Shown here: one piece after another, positions 31,471-45,739 of the stretch
How the letters are laid out: the number at the start of each line of letters is the position of its first letter
Position numbering within the stretch: position 1 is the first letter of the stretch
The notes under the pieces: model-generated
Database searches by the model: none
Told to the model about the DNA's origin: nothing
The model's input: the letters and a program-made list of their open reading frames with translations, nothing else
Assembly: GCF_009914755.1 (NCBI RefSeq)
Contig: NC_060926.1
Source of the DNA: the human T2T-CHM13v2.0 reference genome, Homo sapiens
Direction: 5' to 3' (one strand)
DNA: 64,000 bases
Program-made: the position numbers and the translations under genes

Positions 31471-31694
31471 AATAATCTGAGGGCTGTCATTCTGTGTGAC
31501 CCCTGGACATATGGCAAGAGGAAATGAGTAGAAGCTCCAGGAGCACAGCAGGGAGGAGGGAGAGCAGTATTTTTGCTCAGCAGGAAAAACTGACTCATAA
31601 ATACAACTAGTAGGAAATTGAAGAGGCCGCCCAAGAAAGCAGCAAGTGCAGGGGACTGTAGAGTGCCTGTCGGGTGCTGCACTCAACCCCGAGA

Positions 31695-32096
31695 GCAGCA
31701 GTTCTCACCCCGAGGACACGTGGGATTCACTTGGTGGCACAAGAAAGCCACACTTGGGCCCCACCCCAGGGATGCTGACGCTGTTGGCCTAAGGTGTGGA
31801 CTGGGCATCCGGACAAAGGCCCCTGGTGTCTTAGCTTTAGGTGGAAACAGATGACCTTTTGTGTCCCTCCCATCCTACCTCGGCCCCAACAGGGATTTCT
31901 GTTTTAATGACTGTGGTGCCTGCGAGCCTAGGATCATCACTGTTCAGTGTGAGTGGTGTACCCACAGCATCCGCCTCACCTGGAAGCTGGCTGGGAATGC
32001 AGCGTCTCCCCTCCCCACCCCCGCCCAGTCAGAATCCATACTTTAGCAAGATCCCAGGGGACCTGTGTGCCCATCTGAGTTTCAGAAGTGCTGCTG
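31695..32096. mobile_element. Two MER5-like (hAT-Charlie) fragments
   Basis: gggccccaccccag; tcagaatccatactttagcaagatccccagg-like motifs. Confidence 0.6.
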
Positions 32097-32392
<296 letters not shown>

Positions 32393-33021
32393 GTGCTGCT
32401 GTCGATCTTTATTTACAAGACACTTCGAGGTGCTTTTCCTCATTTTATCTTCTGAACAATCGCTGGTTTGTTCAGCTGTTTGACAGGGGAGGAAGTCCAG
32501 GCGCAGAGGGCTTCACTCACTCCACATGCCACGGACAGTGCTGGTCTCCCACGTGCCCCATTCAGGGCCTTCTCCCCCAGGTCCAGGGCCTGCTTCAGCT
32601 CTCTGTGACACCCACCACCTCCCTCATGTGCTCGCAGTGCCCTGCCCGGAGCCCAGGCTGGGTAATTATTGGGTATGCTGAAACTGCTGGGGCTGGGGAG
32701 ACCCCGTGCCTCAGCTTGGAGCCTGATGCCATGGGAATCCTCAATGCATGGCTCAGCTTGTCATTAGCTTTTCCCTTTCTTTTTTCATTCTTTGTTTTGA
32801 AATAATTATAGATTCAAAGGAAGTCACCAAGAGGTTCAAGTTCAGTGTACCCACCACCTGGTTTCCCCCAGTGGCAACATCTTAACGTCACTATAGCACA
32901 ATATCACCCCCAGGAAGGCGGCACTGCCACAGGGGCCTGTAGAATTGTGTCATTTGCCACATTTGTGGATTTGCGTAACCACCACCCATTTCTTTCCTTG
33001 ACTTAAAACAAAAAAACAAAC

Positions 33022-33329
33022 AGCCGGGCGCAGTGGCTCATGCCTGTAATCCCAGCACTTTGGGAGGCCAAGGTGGGCGGATCACAAGGTCAGGAGTTCG
33101 AGACCATCCTGGCTAACACAGTGAAACCCCATCTCTACTAAAAATACAAAAAAAATTAGCCGGGCGTAGGTGGTGCATGCCTGTAGTCCCAGCTACTCGG
33201 GAGGCTGAGGCAGGAGAATGGCGTAAAACCCGGGAGGCGGAGGTTGCAGTGAGCCGAGATCGCACCACTGCGCTCCAGCCTGGGAGACAGAGCGAGACTC
33301 CGTCTCAAAACAAACAAACAAACAAAAAA
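33022..33329 (+). mobile_element. AluY/Sc-like with (CAAA)n tail
   Basis: gaccatcctggctaaca, gaatggcgt. Confidence 0.9.
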
Positions 33330-35625
33330 CGATGGGGTCCCCGAAAACACACTTTATAAAGACTGATTTCCTGCTGGCAGGAGAGAGAGCTGCTGTACAT
33401 CACAAAGCAAGGCGGCCCACTAGAGTGGTATGGTCAGCGACCTCTGCCTTGCCTGGGTGAAGTGTCTCTCTCTCTGTCTCTGTCTCTCTCTCACACGCAC
33501 ACATGCACGCACACACATGCCATGCACTTTCTCTGTGGAAGACTTCAAAGTGTTTGGTGGCTGTTCTGAGACCTGTTCCTCCTCGGCTGGGCTAGGGGAG
33601 GGGCCCACTCCTTTTACCTGTGTTTCTTTTTAGAGGAGAAACTGACACAAAGTCAGATAGTCTTGGGGATGGAAGTTGCTCTCATCTGTAAGAAAAGGAA
33701 ACTGACCTAACCAGCAGGTAATCACTTGAAATCACTTGTGTCCCGTGCTGGAAACAGCTCCACAGCAGTGTCTATGATGGATTGGAACCTACACAGCTAG
33801 AGGAAGAATTTGCATCCAGAAACCACAGGAGCAGATGACCCACAAGTGTAGCTATTTTACTTCTTTCATGTTAAATTCCAAATAAAAGGATGATTATCTT
33901 TGAACTGACCCCAGTCCAAAGTACAAATGCCTGGCTGAGATCCACCAAGGCCAGATGTTGTCATCAGTGACTGGGTTTATGCCAGGCTATCGGTGAACTG
34001 GGTCAGAGATGGTGCAGGCAAGGTTGCTGGGTCAGGGCAGGTTCACAGCCCAGTCATTCCTAACCAAGAACATCAGCACCTGACTGGAGGGTGGGAATGA
34101 GGTTCCTGACCTGCTGACTCATTTGCAGAGTGGTGTGTCAGAGCCACACACGGTAGCAGCATAAACCTGAACTTCAGGTAACCACACGCCATGGGATGCT
34201 GCAGATTTATGTGCCCACTGCTTGCAGCTGAGAGGACCAGCATGAATGGCTCTAATTTGTCACCATGGCACAGTCACAGATGGAGAATGCTCTGTCATAA
34301 CCAGCGCTCCCAGTCTCCATAGGTTCTTAGCACCCTTCCCCATCCATGTTTACCTGTACAGCCACCTGTGCAGGTCATTCTTGCCCAGAATAGTACATGA
34401 GCTAAACAGCCATCTTCAGGTGGTTATAAAACCTCATATTTATATGAGGTTTCATAGTTTACAAAAGTTACTTCTTATTCCACCTAATGAAGAAACCACA
34501 GTCCAGAAAAGTTTGGTGCCTCCCCCGAGGCCACCTACCTGGTCAGTGATGGATCAGCACCACAGTTCCCATCTTCTCATTACACCTCCCTACTGGTTAG
34601 GCCCCAGCCCACACAGAGAAGTGTTTCTGTTTCACCCCTGGAGAGGGCCCTGAAGCATCTTGTGAGTTTGTGGAAAGAGAAGAGGAGCAGCTCTTGCTTC
34701 CGTGGGGAGCACAGCCAGACTCCTGTCTTCATGTCCTGTCCCTTAAATGCCCTCCAAAACCGGGGGCAGGTGCTCGAGAGAACTTGACCCTGATTCCGGA
34801 TTATGGGGTTTTCTAAACTCAGTACTGTGGCTGAGATCTGTGGGGCATTTTGCAAGCTGCTTGCTTTTGTGTGAAACCCCTATATTTGTCAGTATTTTAA
34901 GTTTCTGTGAGGCTGTTCTTGAATTCAGTTCCTTTCTCTTTGCCTAAATGCAAGCCACACCCTCATCTCCTCCCGTTGACCATATAAGAGGTCTCAAGGG
35001 CACTGAGGAACTTAGCAGAAAGCAAACAGTACCTTCAGAAGATTAAAAAAAAATTATTGCATTTGTTTTTCTACAACCAAGATAAGAGACAGTAGATAAA
35101 GGAATGTGTATGTCTTGTACAGCTCACTAGCCCCACCATCTCTGATACGGACCAGTTCTTCCTGCCCCTTGAATAAGTATCCCTTGTCTTATCATAGTTT
35201 ACATCCTGCTGTGATGCCATGTGACATACATGCTCTCGCACACACATTATTAAGACTTCACTCCTTGTGATCAAGGCTGAGAAAGATTGTGGTGGTGTTA
35301 TTGTTAATATAAGATTTATGACCTCAAAATGTTTGCAAGCTTGGGGTCAGAGATGGAGCATTCCTCAGAGGGAGTCAGCCTGGGGTCCTTCTTACATAGA
35401 CATGAACATAGTTTCTCCAGAGCAAGGCAGAATACACAGTTTAAACCATGGGAAGGAGGAAAGACTCAAAGGAGTGATTTAGTAAGAGTATAGGTAAAGA
35501 AGGGAGAAAATATTAGTATTTCTAGGAGAGTTAGAAGGACTTAGTACTTCTGCCGTTTTGTTTTAAAATATATTTTTTTAATATATAAAGAGACATCTTG
35601 GCTCTCCCTAACGAAAATGGCCTAA

Positions 35626-35943
<318 letters not shown>

Positions 35944-36372
35944 GATCCTTTGTATTCTTAATGAAAGAGGGAATGAATTGCAATGAATATGTACTGCTTC
36001 TCCAGAAAACAGAAAAATTTTTAATGTTTTTATTTAAACCAGACATATACTTTTTTATTTATTTCCTTGTTGGTTTCTTTTTCTTCCAAATAGGTTGCAA
36101 AAATGAAATTTCTGTTTAAATTTATAACATGCAAGAGTATATGTGTATGTGGCCTTGGAATGATTATTTAGTTTTGTTCCAAAGATCTGATAGTTTTTAA
36201 ATGAACTCTATAATTTAGGGTACTCTGGGAATTGAAAACTTCGTGCTTTATTTAGGTAAAGATATCCTGAATTGCTTACTTAAGTAAGTCAAGTAAATGG
36301 AACGTTCTTTGTGATAATGCTGTTGCATTATAAGAAATGCTTTGAATCATAGGTAGGACTAATGTATAGCCT

Positions 36373-36654
36373 ATTTATTTATTTATGAGATGGAGTCTTG
36401 CTCTGTCACCCAGACTGGCATGCAATGGTGTGATCTTAGCTCACTGCAACCTCCCCCAGCCAGGTTCAAGTGATTCTTCTGCCTCAGCCTCCTGAGTAGC
36501 TGGGATTACAGGCACCTGGCTAATTTTTCTATTTTTAGTAGAGACAGCCTAGCCATGTTGGCCAGGCTGGCCTCAAACTCCCGACCTCAGGTGATCTGCC
36601 TGCCTCAGCCTCCCAAAGTACTGGGATTACAGGCATGAGCCACCGAACCCGGCT
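36373..36654 (-). mobile_element. AluS
   Basis: Dimeric Alu with (TTTA)n tail. Confidence 0.9.
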
Positions 36655-39600
36655 AGCCAATTTATTTTAACAGCATTTCACTTTCAATTTTGTTAAATTT
36701 GGCTAGACATGTAAAATCATTTATTTAAAATTTAAAAATCCAAACTTCTCCCTATTTTGTCCAGAATTTCAAAATTGCAGTGAGTTGTGGTCGCCTGGAA
36801 ACCAGGTGTATGATACTTTGTTAAGCACACTAATTGGCAGCTTGGAGTTTTGCATTGCAGAAGGCTCGTTAGTGAGGGTGGGTGGGAATCCACACTCCTC
36901 CAATTAGTGGGCCCCCAAGCCACTCGCACATTTAAAGTATGATTCACTTTACCCAAGTTTGTTTGTCTTCAGCTCTTCAGGAAAACACTGTTACACAAGC
37001 CAAGGTCTCCTATCCAGCAACCTTTTGGATCCCGAGGTCTGCACATAAAAGGACTTGCTCTGCAGGCTCCCTGGTAGCTGGTGAATATCTTGGGAATTTA
37101 AATATGAAGATAGTTGATGTCCATAGCTAGGATCTGTTATTTAAATGTAGAAGCATTTAAATATGCCTTTGGAGTTGTTTTTTTGCATTGTGATAGTAGC
37201 CACCACCTGAGCTAACAATTCATTGAGTTTTATGCTGTCCCACATTCTAGCTGCTTTAAGGGATTGTGTTCTCAGGTCTCACAGATGGCCTGTGAAGGGG
37301 AGAAACTGAGGCAGAGAGGGTTAGGAACTTGCCTAAGCTAGTTAAGCAACAGTCACGATTAGAAGCCAGGATCTTTCAGGACTGTTCCCACGTTATGCGA
37401 GAGTCCTTGCCTCTCTTCATAAATGGTAGATTTCCCATCTCCTTTAATATCCTCTAGATGAATTCATGAACAAAGGCCAAGGGACAGGAGAAAGAGAGAA
37501 AGGAGGAAGAAATGATGTCAGCTCTTTCCTTCAGTTCTTAAAAATGCCAAAGACAAAACTTTCAGACAAGGTCGTTTCCTGGAAGAGGTGGGGTAAACAT
37601 TCCCAGAGTCATGAGTTTTTAGATTTGAATGTTTCTAAAATGTTGATTGACAGAACCTTCTAATACATTTGTTATAAACGTGACATAAAGGGGAAAAATG
37701 TCCAGCATTTTGAGGAAGAAAGGGCTCTAAATATACATAACTGCATTTGAACAGATTCCTTTGCTTCCTCGTTGGCCTGGGCTGCAAGGCCACTGTCCTC
37801 TTATGAGCCCTAGGAAGCAGGACTGGCCTCCTGAGGACCCCAGCATTAGCCTCCAGGTTTGTGCTGGGCCCTCCTGAGACAACCCCAATCCAGACACTAG
37901 CTCCTATAAGTAGAGCACCTGAGACTCAGGGGAATTCCCTCAAAGCGTTCCAGCTTCTGAGCCAGAGAGGCCAGAAGTGGAAGCCTTTCTGTCGGACAGC
38001 TACAGCCCAGACTGGATGCAGGAACAGCAGGAACAGAGCAGTGGCCTCCTCCGTGGCATGGGGCCTTGTGCCCACCAATCCTGGCACCACTGAACCACTG
38101 ACTCAAGTCCGTCCTCAGCTCCAGTGAGCCTCTTGTTATTGCCAGTGGCTGACGGAGAGGTGAGGGGAGAGGACGTCATGCAGGCGAGCTGGGAGGTAGC
38201 ACCACGGTTTCTCAGCAGTGTTCGTGCAAATTATCACTATAATGCACCCGTGCAGGCCCAGCAGCCTGTGCAAGTATCACAGCACCATACAGACATGAAT
38301 TCATGTGTCTTTAATAACAGGGAAATGGCAATGTGTCAATTTACACAGTTGTTTTTCTGCAGTTTTTTCTTTTTCTTTTTTTTTTTTTGAGCCATCTTCC
38401 CAAGTGTTCTCTGGGTTTTCCTCTTACCCGGGTCCCCTGTCTGCCATCCACAGGCTGGCATGAGCCACCCAGGCTGGGTCTGGGATCAGCCGAGGGCCTG
38501 GGCTGGTGCCGGCACCGCCCCTCTCCGCGAACGGGCCCTGCATTCGCATCATTAGTTCATCACCATGGAAGAACTGGGCTGTCAAGCTGACCTACTTTTC
38601 TTGTTTGCCCACAGCAGGCTAAGCCTGTTTAGCCTCATCCAGAGGGGCTGGGCAGAGCAAGTTGCTTTCCGAGTCATACAGATGGCAGTCTTCTGAGTGA
38701 GTGTGGTTGAATCTGTTTGCCCTTTTTGCCCTTAGTCTGCAGAGTTAGGGCCCAGCACCCAGGATGGCTTGAGTCCAGGTCCAAGCACAGGGGCATCCTG
38801 CAACCCATATTCAGCCTCTCCCGAAGAGATCCTGCATTAGGATGAATTATTGCGGGAACCAATGCCAGGCTTCTTTCCAAACTTTAAACACAGATTCCTA
38901 AATGGAAGCTCTTCATATTCTATACTAAGCCCTAAGAACATCAGCCACTTGCAGAGATGCCAGGAGGGTGGGACCCATGCCTGTGCTTGAGGGGTTTACC
39001 ATCCAGTGGGGGAGGGTTGTGAACAGCTAAAGCCAAGGAGAAGCAGAAACAGAAGAGGATAGGGATGAGCCGTGGGGGCGGAGGAAGATGCGCTAGTAGG
39101 GTAGAAAGTGTTGGAGAGGGGGACAATGTGATGAGGATGGGGCTAAAGTCACAGACTGGCAGCTTGTCATCTGAGGGTTTGAATGCTACGATATGGAACC
39201 ATGTGAAGTGCTAGTAGATGTACATGTTATCCCCCCACCCCATAGTTACTACCTTTATTCTTTGCTGAAATATTGCTATATTGCTGCCTGTGAACATAGG
39301 ATAGTATCTGTTAGAGTTGTTCAGGGGAAAATAGTTAAGATCAGACCCAGACTGTCATGATTAAATAAGCTAATGTACAAGAAAACCACTAGCCAGAGCT
39401 TCATGTGTAGTTTATCTCTCAAGCTCATGGATTTTGTGTGTAGCAACATGCCTTGGGTCCTGGGCCTGTGCCTTCTAATTCTGATGCCATGACTTCTGAC
39501 TCAGGCGGACATGTCTTGGACTCTCCTTGACACCCCGAAGCCACCACCCAGAGCTTTGGAGGAGGAATCGGGCCAGTGGGTGAATTATGCCTTAACTGGG

Positions 39601-41644
39601 GCCACTTCTTTAGACATTTGCAGAAGGAGGAACTCAGTCTCTTTTTAAAAAGAAAAATATGTACTTCTCTTTTCTCTTGCAGTTTCCCCAGCATTATTCA
39701 GAGGCAGAGTGACAGATGTAAGGAGAGGGATCTAAAACATCTTTAATATACAACATGAATATCTGAATGGACATTGAGAAACTGGAGATTTCTAGTCCTG
39801 CTGAGGCAAAACCCAGATGACCTAGAGATGACATAAAAGTCAGTCATTTCTACCTGTCCCATTACCGGTGATGGTAATGTTTGTCACTCAATTAAGGCAG
39901 TAGCTCTTCTTTAGACATTCAGCAAACATTTGTTGAATACCTGCATGGGACTCTGAGTCTTGGTGTTCGAAGAGGGAAAATGGAAATACTCGGCCCTACA
40001 TTGCCTAAGCCCCTCACTAGGGAGAGCTGTAAGCTCTTGGGAAGGGCTTGCCACGGGGCTTTCTGTTTGTTGAGGTTCACCCTGTATCCAGTGGCTCTTC
40101 TAGCACAGGCAGAGACATGCCCTTTGCCGTGTGACATTCGAGGAGACGACCAGTTTTTTTCCCTACTGACCTATGATCCCCACATCCCAGCTTCTCTGCC
40201 TACTGGTTGGTCTTCCTGACATTAGTTTTGTTCTTGTGTATTTGATCCATGCACACATTTTTACCACACCGGATATCCTGAAGTTGGGCTGGTTGGGGTT
40301 TTGGGAGAGGCATGTCTAGGGTTGGTTCACTCTGTGGATTAGGATCTAGTTTTATCAAGGTGGTGGGAGAAAGGCCTCACCAGGCAGCAATCACCAATGG
40401 ATCCCAAATTCCCAGCTGGGCCTGCATCCAACACAACCAACCAGGGTTTTCAGACAACTCAGATTTTAAAAAGAAAAGCAGCAACCTGTCAGTTTGGTGA
40501 CCTAGCAGATACATCTCAATGCTTTTTACTTTTTAATTGACTTTTTAAAAATGGTGAATTAATGCCATTTTCCGTATGAATGCATCATTGTGTAGATTTG
40601 TGTAGATGCCTTGGAGACGTCCCCTGAGATTGAGAGCGTGGGGTGGGCATGTTCGGGGGCGGGGAGGGATATGTAGAGCAACTAGAAGGATTGAGGTTTT
40701 CCTTGCGTGCACACCCTCCTCCTGGCAGCGTGCAGTGGTGAGTTCCTGGTTCATTGGGAGTGAAATGGGCACCCTCCTGCTTCTGTGTGCATACTGTATG
40801 AGGTATGTAGCTTTGCCAGATCTTAGTGTGACACACCAGGATGACAGCTAGCAAGGTCACGTCTCTGAGGGTTGTTAGGCCCCAGCCCTGGTATAATGCC
40901 TCTGCAAGGCATGTTGGTCCCCTACAGTGGGCCGGCTGTGTCCAGGGAGCAGGCTGGGCTCAGAGGTAGTGCGAGCTCTCAGCTGGCCTCAGGGCCCAGC
41001 CAAGGCCCCTCATCATCTCTGACTATAGGGACAGGTGGGTGCAGGGAAGGGGTGGCAAACTTAGTAACGTTGATCTCCTTGATAGTTTCTACCCCTGAAT
41101 GCACCTCCACACAAAATTGTGCAGGCCTTCCCAGGGACCCTAGCCTACGGGGAATCTCGGGGCAAGGAGAGGTGCAGGTGCTCTGGGCAGTACCACAGGT
41201 GTCCCTGTACCCTCAGGTCATCAGGCCCAAATACAGTGAGGAGCCAGCCACTCAGAGCCACTTGAGGGGCTCCAAATGCCCCATTTTCTCATGCCCCAGG
41301 GCCTTTGAACAAACCATTCCTTCTGCTTGCATGCCTCTTCCAGGCTCAGCTGAATTGCATGATACAGTGACAGTGGAAGGAGTGGAGGAGGATCCAACAT
41401 CACAGATACTTTAACAGTGAATATGTTAAATCTAATACATCATAAGAGAGTCCCGGGTGTGAAGGAAGAGTGCTCCTTGCTGCTGGTGCTGTCCCATCTG
41501 CTCCCTGCGGGGCCCCTTGCAGCCCGTGAGCTTGACTTGGCCTTGGCTGAGTCAGCAGGGGTGGTGGGCAGGAGACCCCTGGCTGCACAGGGAGGGCCAG
41601 CAGTGTGCTGTCTGCTTAAACTGTAAGTAAAAGAAGTGAGGATG

Positions 41645-42143
<499 letters not shown>

Positions 42144-43401
42144 CTAAAGTCACCATTTCTGACCGCTGTGCTGTGGAAGGGGAGGCAATTAACCAGATGA
42201 GGCGTCCCAACAGATTCTCCTATCGATTGTGAAAAGTGGGTCCACTTCAGCTTACAGATGAGGTCATCATGCCCAGGCTCCAAGGCCACCACACAAGTGA
42301 AGGCAAGAGCACTGAGGACATTTCAACCTAGATCTGGCTAGTTTCCAAACTAATTCTGCTGCCTCAATTAGCAATTCACATCAAACCTCCTACGTTTTGA
42401 TTAAATGTTATTTGAAACTCTTGATATTAAACCCAAGATTCCACAGTCTAGGTGTCCAAAACTAATTTGACTTCCTGTTTCAAGGGCACCTACTTTTTCT
42501 CTCCTTGCAAACTTGAGCACAGTGAAGATGAGCATTTCTGGACCTGAAGGAGCATTTGGGGAACAGTTCCATGGAGGGAGATGCTTGCTGGAGCAGTATT
42601 TTGTGGATTCATTTCGGCTTGTCTGTGGCAGCCGAACAGCGGTTTCCAACAAAGGCTTTCACTGACTCAGCTCCAAGCATGACTCGTAAATCTCCTTTTC
42701 CCCTCTTGCTGATTTTTCTAGGCATCTATTGTCCACACCCTGACCACACACTGTCACCCATCAGAGTCCCCAGTTGACTCAGGTTTACACTGTGCCATCC
42801 GAACTCTTGATAGAGAGTCCCCCTAAAAGGAACCTGAGGTGATTGCAACATAAATGTCAAAGGTTGCAAGAATAATATGTTGTGTTAGGATGGCCCTTCC
42901 ATCCAGATATCATGGCCGTTTCTATCTTGAGAATTATTTGCTGACCAAACGATGTTACGGTACATTTACTTAATAACAAATTTTTCAACTTTCTTCATCC
43001 ATTCCTTCACTGCATATGTCACCCTCTCTCTGAATAATGAATCATCAGATTCTTGGAAAAAGGAAATCATGAAGGAGGAACCATGGTTGTAACAGGCAGA
43101 TAAAGCTTCAGCTTGGTTTTTTAGACACTCATGGTAGCGTTTGCGTATGGTCACGACGCTCATGAGAGTCTTGTCTTGGTTTCTTCTAGCCATCTGGCTC
43201 TATGAGGCTCCAGCAAGCACTGTGAGACCCGGCTCCTTGGGACAAGGCTGGAGAGGGCTAGTGTTAGGATTGGATCTGTCCGCCTTGCCGTTTCCAGGTC
43301 AGAGAATGTGCCAGAATGCGATGAGAACTCCCTAGTTGGAGGGGAATTGGGATTGCAGGAGCTGCCGGCTCTCAGGCTTTCACTGTCCATCTCCTTTAGA
43401 A

Positions 43402-43711
43402 ATTTATTTTTTATTTTATTTATTTATTTTTGAGACAGAGTCTCGCTCTGTCGCCCAGGCTGGAATGCAGTGGCGTGATCTCAGCTCGTTGCGGCCTTTG
43501 GCTCAGGTTCGAGTAATTCTCCTGCCTCAGCCTCTTGAGTAGCTGGGATTACAGGCGTGCACCAACACACCCGGCTAATTTTTTGTATTTTCAGTAGAGA
43601 CAGGGTTTCACCATGTTGGCCAGCTGGTCTAGAACTCCTGACCTCAAGTGATCCTCCCACCTCAGCCTCCCAAAGTGCTGGGATTACAGGCATGAGCCAC
43701 TGTGCTTGGCC
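43402..43711 (-). mobile_element. AluS
   Basis: Dimeric Alu; TSD ttagaaatttat. Confidence 0.93.
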
Positions 43712-44385
43712 TTAGAAATTTATCTTTTCTCACTGAATGAATCATTGCAACACCAAAAGCCATTCCCTGGAGAGGAAGAATCACAATATGGAAGTTATTT
43801 CCTAGCTTCCCCAAATGACAAAGGAAGATAAGTGAGCGTCGCAGTTCATCAGCAACTGTTGCTCAAAGGCTTTTTATTCCTTAACATAATGAGGAAAAAT
43901 CATTACCAAGCTCCCATGTGTGAGATACAGACGTTAATCCAAAACGACATGAGGTCCCCTCACCAGGGACTGGCTGGGAGGACAGAAGGTACACACTCTG
44001 TCAGCAATAAATAAACCCCCATCAATTGGGGAGATGTGTGTGCTCGGTTTTGCCTTTTATGATTCCAACTTGTTCTTGTTTTCTGTATTTTTTTCTTTTG
44101 ATTAAATTCTACCAGGCTTGGTTGGTATGGTGGGGAAGAGTGTTAGGATTTTCCAGCTAACTTGGGACCTGTAATTCAAACCAGTTCTCAGCCAATTTCA
44201 ATACATCATGATTTTATGTTTGTGAAAACATAGGCCTTGCAACACAACAGGCTTGGGGTAGTCATTTCAGGGAAAATTCATGATGATACAAAGTGACCCA
44301 CTGGGCCTATAAAGACTTTACAAAAAATTCTAAATTAAAAGACACTGAAGAGGAAAGTTTAGTCATGATTCCAGTGATTCTTTAA

Positions 44386-44605
44386 CATGGTTTGGCAAAC
44401 TGCTGTCTGGGGACCAAATCTGGCCCACAACCTGTTTTCGTAAATAAAGTTTTATTGAAACACAGCCATGCCCACTCATTTACATGTTGTCTATGGCTGC
44501 ATTGCACTATAATGGCAGAGTTGAGTGGTTGCAACAAAGACTGGATGCTCTGCACCTAAAATAGTTACCAGGTGGCCCTTTGGAGAAAAGGGTTGCTACC
44601 TCCTG
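44386..44605. mobile_element. MER58A (hAT-Charlie)
   Basis: ggcaaact...ccaaatctggccc...taaataaagttttattgaaacacagccatg. Confidence 0.85.
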
Positions 44606-45064
44606 CATGAGTGGAGTAACATGCCTTTCCGTGCGTGCTGCATGAGGCCCTCTCTGGAGACCTGGGTGAGCTGCTAGTCCCTGGGGGAGACTGTCACTTG
44701 TATGACTCATTAGTCTTCTGTCTCACTGCTGACGCACTTGGGACCCAGGGCGGATATGCCGTGACAAAATAATCCTGCTGCCATTTCCAGGTCCCCATTT
44801 GCCAGGGGCCAGAATTCTAATCAGTTGTGTAGTAGGTGGCTGTGAGAAAGAATGTTCTAAAGCCTTTGGGGCAGAAATTTCACCTGGGTGTGTGAATGTC
44901 ATTTGCAGGCTTCACTTTTGTCCTTTGCTTCAGTTAGAGTCAACAGATTTTTTGAGGGTCTGCTGTGTGAAGGAAAACCCCAGTCATTTCACCTGATAGT
45001 CATTCCATTCCCTTCTCTCCTTCCTCACAACCTCACAATGGCCGGTTGCTTTCCTGTTTAGTTA

Positions 45065-45739
45065 TGAGCGGCTCAGGGTCAGTGATAACCAGGTCCATGC
45101 ATGTTTGTGTCTCTCCACAAGGTCAGACTTTTATTGACGTGATTTCAATCACAAAAGCTGGAAGCTCCATTGAGTTCCCAAGGAGGAACTTCCCCTTACT
45201 ACTTCCCATTCACTTAGGAGTCAGAGCCGCGGGCACACAGGCTCAAGCCACTCCACAGGTCAGTCAGTGTTGCAAACCATGCATAATAGTACACTTATCA
45301 ATAAATAAATGATTAAACATTTCACAATAAATGAAGTAACATTTAACATCAAAAGAAAAGGGTTAATGGACCAGTCCAGGGAGAGCAACATGAAAAAAAA
45401 AAGAATGTCCTGGCCTGGTCTGGGCAGTCCATTGGTCTCACAAGGAAGAGTCTTTGATGTGGGCAGAGCATTGGGCAGTGGATGCTGGGTGCTGATCACA
45501 AGCGACAGCAAGATGGAGTCTGTGGGGACAGCCATTTCTAGCTGGTGAAGTACTGCTCTTATGGCCGCAGAGTCCTCTGGTGAGGACTGAGTGGAGGAAT
45601 GTACTTGGTTATGTCCTTGTTGGAAGCAGTCTTCATTGATTAGGCAAAACATCCAGTCTTGTTGGCAAGGTGCCTTTTAAAATGTAAGATGGAGTCTTTC
45701 TCTAAGATGGAGTTTACTGTGTCAAGGGTACTGTATACA
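45065..45739 (-). mobile_element. ERV1-class solo LTR (MER67-like)
   Basis: TG...CA termini with an exact 4-bp TSD GTTA (45061-45064 and 45740-45743); reverse strand starts tgtatacagtacccttgac...ctccatcttagagaaagactccatctt. Confidence 0.75.

Noticed and set aside
33415-33432. CTCF-like cccactagagtggt
   Set aside because: Mismatches in the critical GGGC part of the core
34129-34177. Possible 49-nt non-coding exon (tttgcag|...cag|gtaacc)
   Set aside because: Weak polypyrimidine tract and no ATG in the NPAS2 frame; insufficient support
40872-41414. Longest ORF (180 aa)
   Set aside because: Non-ATG first codon, no recognisable domain or splice signals; a length plausible by chance in GC-richer sequence
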